This document shows, in pieces, positions 39,134 to 47,411 of a stretch of DNA of 64,000 bases. Under the pieces are notes generated by a model. It had not been told where the DNA came from and ran no database searches. It saw nothing but the letters and a program-made list of their open reading frames with translations. Numbering within the stretch: position 1 is the stretch's first letter; the number at the start of each line of letters is the position of its first letter. The stretch lies in assembly GCA_964106915.2 (NCBI GenBank), contig OZ066927.1; one strand, written 5' to 3'. The position numbers and the translations under genes were made by a program. The stretch comes from Podarcis gaigeae (lineage: Eukaryota).

Positions 39134-39979
39134 GTAAGTGCAAAGCGTTGCCACATTAAAAAATTATCATAATAGTTCTTGTTCTTCCACTATGCACTAA
39201 AAAAACCCAGATATTTCAGCAAAATTCTTAGTCCTAATTTGTCAAAGTTTAGATAAGAATATCTTTGCTTTTTGCTCCATATAGGATTCTGCCACTAGAT
39301 GGTATCAAATTGCTTCCCCTTGAGATTGCCACATCCCCTTAGTGTTTCAAAAGAAAAACTAAATGGACCCTGTGTCTTGAAATACACATATTGCTACTGT
39401 TGAGCAAGAAGCTACAGTTAAAAAATTATCTGCAGGTATATGCATAACTGTTGATCTCTGCTATTTCATTTTGCAGTGTGTATAAGTGAGATGTTTTATT
39501 TTTTTCACTCAGGCAATTCTTTTTGTTCCTTTTGACATTACTTTGGTATATTCTCCCTTTAGCTGGCTACAACTATACTGACTTTATGTTAGCTTGTAAT
39601 GTTTCTGTTGTTTCTGTCTTAGTTGTGTGTCAATTAGTCTACTGCTTCTATTTATGTGTGTGGCAAAAAATGTATTCTAAAAATAATTTAATTTTTGATA
39701 TCTATGCAACTCTAGAAATATTCCCATATTACATTGGTTGGCTGATGTTGGAAGCTGAACGCTGAACAAAAAGACAGAATACATTATTGTGGTCTTACAC
39801 ACAGCTGCTGCAGAGATAGCCACACACAATTTTGCTGCTTTATGAATGTCTTCAGCCCAGTTCTAGTGACTTTTAAAAACTTTTAGCCTTGAAACCCCTA
39901 AGAGTCTTAATTTACAATGTATTTGTGAAGTGGCTCATCATAAGCATGGCAGCTTGCTTTTGCTTTTGTTTTATGTTGG

Positions 39980-41037
39980 TGTTATAAGAATTAGATGTTC
40001 AAAAATGTACCAAGCAAACACATACAAATATGTACCGTAAACCACATGTCTGAAACCCACAGAAAAGTCCTGAAGCAATTTTCTCTTTCACAAAATGACC
40101 TCAAATATTTCTCTACAAGGTCGAAGTAAATGGGGAAAAACCTCCACATTGTCTCTGTGCTCACAAATCCTGCCTTAAGGGCACATTTAAGATGTGAATA
40201 GGATGAACATGTGACCTGGAATCGGGAATTAAGTAGTTATAATAACAAAAGAGTGGCCAAAACCCAGATAATGCAATCAGGTAACCTGCCAGACAGGAGA
40301 TAACACACTCAGGATTCTGTTTTAGACCGCCCCTTCTGAGATGTATGTATGATGTATTGGGGGAGGTGGTCCTGCGCTACACCAATTCTGTGTTGTATGT
40401 ATGATGTTTCTGGGGGTGGTCTGGAGTTTGAGGGTGGGCAATTTCCAAAGTCTATATAAGGGTGGGCACACCTTTGTTCTGGGTTCCTCCTCTTTCCTGC
40501 TTGTGGTGAGTGAGGACCCTGTTGCAAGAGTTTAATAAAGATCAGGCTTAATAGCTGGGTGGTACTGTGGGTTAAACCACAGAGCCTAGGACTTGTTGAT
40601 CAGAAGGTCGGCGGTTTGAATCCCCACGACAGGGTGAGCTCCCGTTGCTCGGTCCCTGTTCCTGCCAAACTAGAAGTTCGAAAGCATGTCAAAGTGCAAG
40701 TAGATAAATAGGTACCACTCCAGCGGGAAGGTAAGTGGCGTTTCCGTGTGCTGCTCTGGTTTGCCAGAAGCAGCTTAGTCATGCTGGCCACATGACCCGG
40801 AAGCTGTACACCGGCTGCCTCGGCCAGTAAAGTGAGATGAGTGCCGCAACCCCAGAGTCAGCCACGACTGGATATAATGGTCAGGGGTCGCTTTACCTTT
40901 TAATAGCTGCTTTGCTTTTCAATATTCTCTGACTGGCCTCTGTTATTTCTCCTACCAATAGAGAACCTACAAAAGGACTCTATATGGGCTCTTGGGTACC
41001 CCATAAGGGAAAAGGAGCAGGTTTTCCCCTCATAACA
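39980..41037 (+). mobile_element. Solo LTR (ERV1/gypsy-type) with nested Sauria SINE
   Basis: TGTTAT...ATAACA termini, 4-bp TSD TTGG, TATATAA at 40453, AATAAA at 40534. Confidence 0.85.
40558..40899 (+). mobile_element. Sauria SINE nested in LTR
   Basis: Sauria SINE body; TSD TTAATAGCTG (40548-40557, 40900-40909). Confidence 0.92.
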
Positions 41038-41349
41038 TTGGCATATTGTCATCATAATGTGATACAAACAAATTATCTTGCTTATTCATAATCCATTTAA
41101 TGAACTCCCTGTTTTCTCTTTTAATTGGGTGGTGTGGCTACTTTCCAATAATTACTTTGAGTTAGGGTGTGGAAACTCAGGCCTGAAGGCCAAGTGTAGT
41201 CCTCTAAGGTGTTTGGCCCTCAAAGCAGTCCCAAGGTTGCCAGCCTTGTTCCACACCCTTCACAAGTGCAGTTGCCCAGCTGGAGACAGAATTGTAGAGT
41301 TAGGAGGGACCCCAGGGGTCATCTAGTCCAACCCCCTACAATGCAGGTA

Positions 41350-41800
41350 TGATGGACAGCAGAACCAGACCAGAGTCTGAAATTCCCCCAGAGGGCTGGA
41401 GCCTCTCTCTGATTAGCTACAGAGTCTGCTAGCCACAGGGCGGGGGGAGCAGCACTTTGCGGGGCAGGGGGGAAGAATATAAATGGAGCCATTTCTGAGG
41501 GAGAGAGTTAGATAACAGAAGAGTTAGTAACAGAAACTGAAGCGTAGCAACTGATTTTGAGTAAAGAGTGGTTAAGAGAAGCTGTGAGACATCTTATACT
41601 GTAGTTAAAGTAAACTTCTAACAGACAGTATGCAATTCCTGACCCCACTTTGTTTCACAAATTTCTTTTTGCTTAATAAAACTTTTCCTCTTTGCTTGAT
41701 CAACTCCTGCCTGAGATGGTAAATGGTAAAACTTATGTGACTGGCATACAGAGTGTGTGCTATATTTAATTGGGGTCAGTTAGCGGGGTGAGTCCACTCA
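41350..41800 (+). mobile_element. Probable solo LTR (second family)
   Basis: TGATGGAC...GTCCACTCA termini, TATAAA ~41478, AATAAA at 41675; no clear TSD. Confidence 0.55.
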
Positions 41801-41825
41801 TTATTAATTGGTAGTGTTAATGGAG

Positions 41826-42766
41826 AAATCCGAGGGCTCTCTTGGACAAAAACAAAGACACCAACCAGGATAAGTTGGAGCAAAACAGCAGCCTGTAGGC
41901 TTGGCCTTTATTGGATACTGTCGCGACAGGACTCCCACCCGCAACAAGATGAAGCAAAATGGAAGCCCAGAACAAAAGAAGACCCCAACTTTTATTAGTT
42001 ACTAATCCCCCAAACTCTGGGACGCGGGTGGCGCTGTGGGTAAAACCTCAGCACCTAGGACTTGCTGATCGCATGGTCGGTGGTTCAAATCCCCGCGGTG
42101 GGGTGCGCTCCCGTCGCTCGGTCCCAGCGCCTGCCAACCTAGCAGTTCGAAAGCACCTCCCGGTGTAAGTAGATAAATAGGGACCACTTACTAGCGGGAA
42201 GGTAAACGGCATTTCCGTGTGCGGCTCTGGCTCGCCAGAGTAGCTTTGTCATGCTGGCCATGTGACCTGGAAGTGTCTGTGGACAGCGCTGGCTCCCGGC
42301 CTATAGAGTGAGATGAGCGCACAACCCTAGAGTCTGTCAAGACTGGCCCGTACGGGCAGGGGTACCTTTACCTTTACCTTTAATCCCCCAAACTACACTC
42401 CTAAGACGACATGACAACTACATCACAAAAAGGAGGGGTTGAGGGAGGAGTTGTGGTGGTAACCTGAGTATCTTGTCACCTGGCTGGTTCCTCCTTTCGC
42501 CCCTCCCCATGAGTACTTTCCTGGTGACAGAGGGGAATTTGCAGTTTCCTGCCCCCCCCCCAAGGAAGAGCTGATCATTGTCCTGTGTTCCAGTCCATGC
42601 TGAATCCACTCCTATATGCAAGTTCTTTATGACCTTGATGGTCTTCTGTCTAGGACCATCAGGGTTGGCATAGCAACTTGGCAGGGCCTCCTTGTATGTG
42701 CTGGTATGCTCAAGGGATTATAGCTGGCCTGTATCAAACCTTCCCCATTTTGTAGTCCTTCCTTCA
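41826..42766 (-). mobile_element. Probable solo LTR (third family, antisense) with nested Sauria SINE
   Basis: Minus strand begins TGAAGG; AATAAA on minus at 41907-41912; flanked by direct repeat TGGAG (41821-41825, 42767-42771). Confidence 0.6.
42017..42380 (+). mobile_element. Young Sauria SINE
   Basis: Full body, CpG-rich, (ACCTTT)n tail; 14-bp TSD TAATCCCCCAAACT. Confidence 0.95.
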
Positions 42767-42847
42767 TGGAGTAAAATAAAAGTGAAATGGTGCAGATCCG
42801 ATGTATGGTTGATTTTCTATGAATTTATAACAGAAGCATAGCGTATG

Positions 42848-42849
42848 TT

Positions 42850-42932
<83 letters not shown>
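42848..42932. repeat. Compound (GTA)n(TG)n microsatellite
   Basis: Direct read. Confidence 0.95.
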
Positions 42933-42934
<2 letters not shown>

Positions 42935-43419
42935 GTTTGTACAAATTGAATGATTGGGGGGGGGGGGCTTCCTGCGACAGTAGTAAGCGTTGGATCTGCT
43001 ACAGCAAGAATCCCAACTAAAGTATCTATGATAGATGAAGGTATCTTGAACTATAATAATGCCTCTTGCTTTTCTGGATGGAGAGGTGTTTGTATGTGTC
43101 CAGGTGTGTGTCTGGAGTGTGGATGCAATATATCCTACTGTACAAAGGTAAGAATCACATCTGCTGCTTTGCACATTTTTAGCCTTTGGCCCCGTCATGG
43201 GGGCCTCGGGAAGCTTGCCAATAAGGGAATGCCCTAGATTATTGAAAACTAAGGCTGAAGGTTTCTAAAGCAGTAACTGTACACAATTGCATCTAGGCTC
43301 TTAATTCCTCTTTTGCAACTTCATCTGAATTGCTTTAGTGCTCTAAGTATAGTAAGACAGTGAAATTCGAAATCCCAGGCAACTGGGAGCTGTCTGATGT
43401 GCCAGCTGTAGAAGCATTG

Positions 43420-43875
43420 TATGGTGGGAATTAGTCTTCTTTGTGGTCTGACTTCAACAGCAATTTGCCCTACTCCTATTTTGGTTGTGGCCCAGCTCTT
43501 GAATAATATTTGTGTGGAAGTGTTTTTTGTAATTATTGCTATAGGAGGTACACATGTGGAGGGGGGGACACAACCTGTCAGAACAAGACATATCTCTGTT
43601 TACATTTTTCAGTTTTCCTGTCAGCTTCACCCCAGGAAAATTAATCCAAGTGGCCAATTCCAACATTTGTGTTTTGGGGCTGAAAGCAAATTCTGTATCA
43701 GATTCAATATGGTATATAATGTTATTCCCTCAGTATGTGAACTCGGGCTATATAAATACTCAACCAGGCATGAGAGAGGACCAAGCTGCTGTGCAGAAAT
43801 GCAGTTGTGAATATGTCCAAGGGGTGTGTGAAACTAGTCTTTATTTTACCCAGGTCAACAACCCAGTTTGGCACC
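43420..43875 (-). mobile_element. Highly decayed retroviral integrase-like relic
   Basis: Ordered motifs across frames: WVVDL..K, LDIFT, HIESD..FAF..TQ..W..P..GKLKNVN, STQILF; compare WQxDF, VDTFT, IxSDNGxAF, GKVERxN, SPxEILF. Confidence 0.45.
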
Positions 43876-44036
43876 CCCCCACACACACACCCACACACAC
43901 ATTTGCATACACTCACAGGCTGGAAGCATCAAAGCACCTCTGGAGGCTTTACCCAAGGCTGGCTATAGCTATGGTCCAAGTGACAGCCCCCCTCCATGAC
44001 CCACCAACTAATTAACACTATGCATAATCTACCAGA

Positions 44037-44622
44037 TGGTGCATCATCACTGCAGATAGTGACAGCAGCCACGAAATTAAAAGACTCCTGCTTCTTGGGA
44101 GAAAAGCAATGACAAACCTAGACAGCATCTTAAAAAGCAGAGACATCACCTTGCCAACAAAGGTCCGTATAGTTATTAAAGTCATGGTTTTCTCAGTAGT
44201 GATGTATAGACGTGAGAGCTGGACCATAAAGAAGGCTGATCGCCGAAGAATTGATGCTTTTCAATTATGGTGTTGGAGGAGACTCTTGAGAGTCCCATGG
44301 ACTGCAAGAAGATCAAACCTCTCCATTCTTAAGGAAGTCAGCCCTGAGTGCTCACTGGAAGGGCAGATTGTGAAGCTGAGGCTCCAATACTTTGGCCACC
44401 TCATGAGAAGAGAAGACTCCCTGGAAAAGACCCTGATGCTGGGAAAAATGGAGGGCACAAGGAGAAGGGGACGACAGAGGACGAGATGGTTGGACAGTGT
44501 TCTTGAAGCTACCAACATGAGTTTGACCAAACTGCGGGAGGCAGTGGAAGACAAGAGTGCCTAGCGTGCTCTGGTCCAGGGGGTCACGAAGAGGTGGACA
44601 CGACTAAATGACTAAACAACAA
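44037..44622 (+). mobile_element. BovB (RTE clade) LINE 3' fragment
   Basis: ORF MTNLDSILKSRDITLPTKV..ESWTIKKADRRRIDAF.LWCWRRLLRVPWTARRSN..LQYFGHLMRR.DSLEKTLMLGK; (CAA)n tail; 14-bp TSD CATAATCTACCAGA. Confidence 0.95.
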
Positions 44623-45727
44623 CATAATCTACCAGAAAACACAAGAACACCACAGAGAGCTGTAAACTTAAGCATGCTTCACTCTATACTGAATTGTGGC
44701 TCATGAATATTCATTTCCTTATATGCTTAAATTTGTGGTCCACCAGACCTGGAGGCTCTGAGCAGCTCACAAAGGACATCCAGCACTGCCCTGGCCAGTG
44801 ATGATTGACTAATTGAAATAAATTCGCCCCTTCCTTTGTTGACAAACAAGTAGGTCTTAAAATACTTCTGAAAGGCCCCCTGACTTCAACCCTGGCCTCT
44901 CTACGTTAATTCTGGAGAAATTAACAGGGGAGATATGATGCTGGGACTTTATAGCCAGCACCTTGAATTGTGCATGGAAAATAAGAGGGCAGAGCTGCAG
45001 ACGGCAAAGCACCAGTGTAAGCTGCTCCTGACTCACTAGTGGGTGGACTGTACCACTGCCAGGAGTGCGGGTGTAGTCCACCTCAGGTGCAAGTCCCCAT
45101 TTAATTAAGAATGGAGGCCAAGCAGTCTCACCGACATTTTCACTCGTGTTTCTGAGATATCATGGAAGACACAGGATGCCAATGGTGTAGTCACTGAAAG
45201 ATTCCAGTTGTCTCCTTACTGTAATATTATGCACACTTGCTCATGGGTTACCAACATTGAAATAAGTAGAAGTTACGTCTGAGTAAATATGCTCAACCTT
45301 GCAAGAACAGAGAGTACAGCTAGAACAAACTCAGCACTCACTTCCAGCTGGCATTGCAGGGGGGGGGGGGGGCTTGATGGTGGCAGGCCACCTGACTTTG
45401 AGAAGGTTGTCCATTAATACAACTGATTTTCTTTGTTGCTAAACCAATGGGGTTCCCCGGAACGCAGTTTGAGAACAAGCCCTAGTATGCCTTGGGAGCA
45501 ATCACGGTAATATCTGCACTATAAGGGCTGCCAGGCACTCCTTGCTATCTGGGTGAAAATCCTTGCTGAGGATTACATGAGCATCTCCTGGTCAGCTGAG
45601 AGCTCAGGAAATACAGGAAAACATTGCCTGGCTTCTATTCAGGAGAATAATTTTGTCTGATATATTTGTAAAACGGTAAATGATTGAAGACAAATGGGAG
45701 TTGCCACAAAAACTCTTAATAAAAATG

Positions 45728-45733
45728 TTTATT
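45728..45733 (-). terminator. Candidate CA12 polyadenylation signal
   Basis: TTTATT on + (AATAAA on -) about 1 kb after the CA12 stop; further candidates at ~45782, ~45899 and ~45914. Confidence 0.45.
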
Positions 45734-46202
45734 ACATGCTGCTATATAAAGTTGAAATTACTGATTAAGTATATATTTTTGTTTATTTACAAATTTGTGG
45801 CTTCTACCTGTTGTCACTAGCAATAACAACTAGGAGGAAACAAGATTTCTCTAGCCTGAACCTAATGGAGCTCATTATAGTCTCAGAGGAAATGTGAGTT
45901 TTATTTGACCTGTTTTATTTGAAAGTACCTGACCCCTGACCTATAAACTGCTTAAAACTGGCGCTGGGAAACCTGCATCCAAAGCAGGTTTTCTATCCAA
46001 ATTTGCTCATTTTCCTCTCAACATTTCCCACTGTTCCAATTCTATTACTGACACGATCTTTCAATCTGTCACCAATAATGTCATCTGCTCCCTAATACAG
46101 GTGATTCCTTAACATTAGCAGCACTGGTTTTCTGATAGGGGGAGGGGAGTCACATTTTCATACACATGAAAAGCTTTCTTCAAACTATAGTACTTTTTGT
46201 TA

Positions 46203-46408
46203 CAGGTAGGTAGCCGTGTTGGTCTGCCGTAGTTGAAACAAAATAAAAAAATTCCTTCCAGTAGCACCTTAGAGACCAACTAAGTTTGTTATTGGTATGA
46301 GCTTTTGTGTGCATGGTATCTGAAGAAGTGTGCAAGCACATGAAAGCTCATACCAATAACAAACTTAGTTGGTCTCTAAGGTGCTACTGGAAGGATTTTT
46401 TTTTATTT
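46203..46408 (+). mobile_element. Penelope-like element terminal inverted-repeat insertion in the predicted CA12 3'UTR
   Basis: CAGGTAGGTAGCCGTGTTGGTCTG...GTAGCACCTTAGAGACCAAC squamate Penelope-type end; perfect 53-bp inverted repeat; perfect 17-bp TSD TATAGTACTTTTTGTTA. Confidence 0.8.
46315..46354 (+). ncRNA. Minimal type I hammerhead ribozyme motif (Penelope-type)
   Basis: GGTAT-CTGAAGA-A-GTGTGC-AA-GCACAT-GAAA-GC-TC-ATACC: helix I, CUGANGA core, helix II, GAAA, palindromic AGCU helix III, UC cleavage site after 46349. Confidence 0.7.
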
Positions 46409-46743
46409 TATAGTACTTTTTGTTAGCCTTGCTCATAAAGCTCATATTTGAAGTCATAACATAAACAAAGTTCAACACAGCTCCTAATATGTTGTTTGGT
46501 ACACTTTAGAAAAATATTTTTGGTGGGGGGAGGGAATATTAAGGCACATCTCTGTTGCACATCTACTTGAGAGCAAACTCTGTCCTTTCATATTCTATTG
46601 CACAAAGGAGAACAGCTGAACATGTCTCTTGTTGTGCTCAGGCAAAAACAACCCAGCAGATTTGAGTGATAAAGCAAGAGATAACAGTGCAAATGTTTGA
46701 GAAAGTAGTGAATGAGTGGCTACTAAGGTAACTCAACAGAAGC

Positions 46744-46822
46744 TTATGCTTTGGAAATATTCTCCTCTTTGCTGATCGCTGGCTTGTAAATGACCCCTTT
46801 TTCTTCCCTTGTTTGTTTGATG
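46744..46822 (-). CDS. CA12: CA12 last coding exon (SIKQTREEKGVIYKPAISKEENISKA*)
   Basis: ttcag| acceptor, TAA at 46746-46744; KGVIYKPA is diagnostic of the CA12 cytoplasmic tail. Confidence 0.93.
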
Positions 46823-47205
46823 CTGAAAGGCAGAACAACTGGGTTAGTCAAAGCTGAAATTGCAATTGAAGAATATCAGCAATTATTTTAAAGCCCTGTT
46901 ATATTGTTCTCTGAATTGAAGTCATGAAAGCATGGACTTTTCCTACACAGACAATGGTTAAAGTAGACGTTCTAATCTATTGATGCTATAGTAGGGGGTG
47001 GTTTGGACTCATGGCCCAAATGGCTCCAGTGGGGTGGGCAAGGTAAGGACACTGGGAGAAAGATAATTTGTGTGGTACAGTACCAGAGTAAGTCTGTAGT
47101 AAGACTACTGAAATTGGTTTCATCTGCTAATTGTACAGGACAATCTAGCTACAGAGAACCATGACTCTAAACTAACACCCCATGGAATGACAGTAACCGT
47201 CTTAC

Positions 47206-47293
47206 CTCTTCTTCCTTCGAATCAGCCATAAGGCTACCACGAGAATGAAGACACTGCCAAGACTACTGGCTAATACAACAAATGGAACAAAAC
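47206..47293 (-). CDS. CA12: CA12 transmembrane exon (GFVPFVVLASSLGSVFILVVALWLIRRKK)
   Basis: ctag|...|gtaag, phase 1 to 2; hydrophobic helix plus RRKK stop-transfer. Confidence 0.92.
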
Positions 47294-47369
47294 CTAGGGT
47301 GGGGCAAGGAAGGAGAGAGAAGCAGGCAGTTATGAGTAAAACATTGTAATTGAATAACTTGTCCCTAAC

Positions 47370-47411
47370 CTGTTGTGATGCTATAATTGCCTTCACTCTT
47401 AGCAGCCTGTA
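47370..47411 (-). CDS. CA12: Probable CA12 stalk exon 9 (VQAAKSEGNYSITTG)
   Basis: cag|...|gttagg, 42 nt, phase 1-1; begins VQ and ends G like human exon 9 (VQVCTAAGLSLG). Confidence 0.6.

Noticed and set aside
43130-43420. Possible dUTPase remnant downstream of the integrase relic (ERV-L-like layout)
   Set aside because: Motifs are too degraded to support
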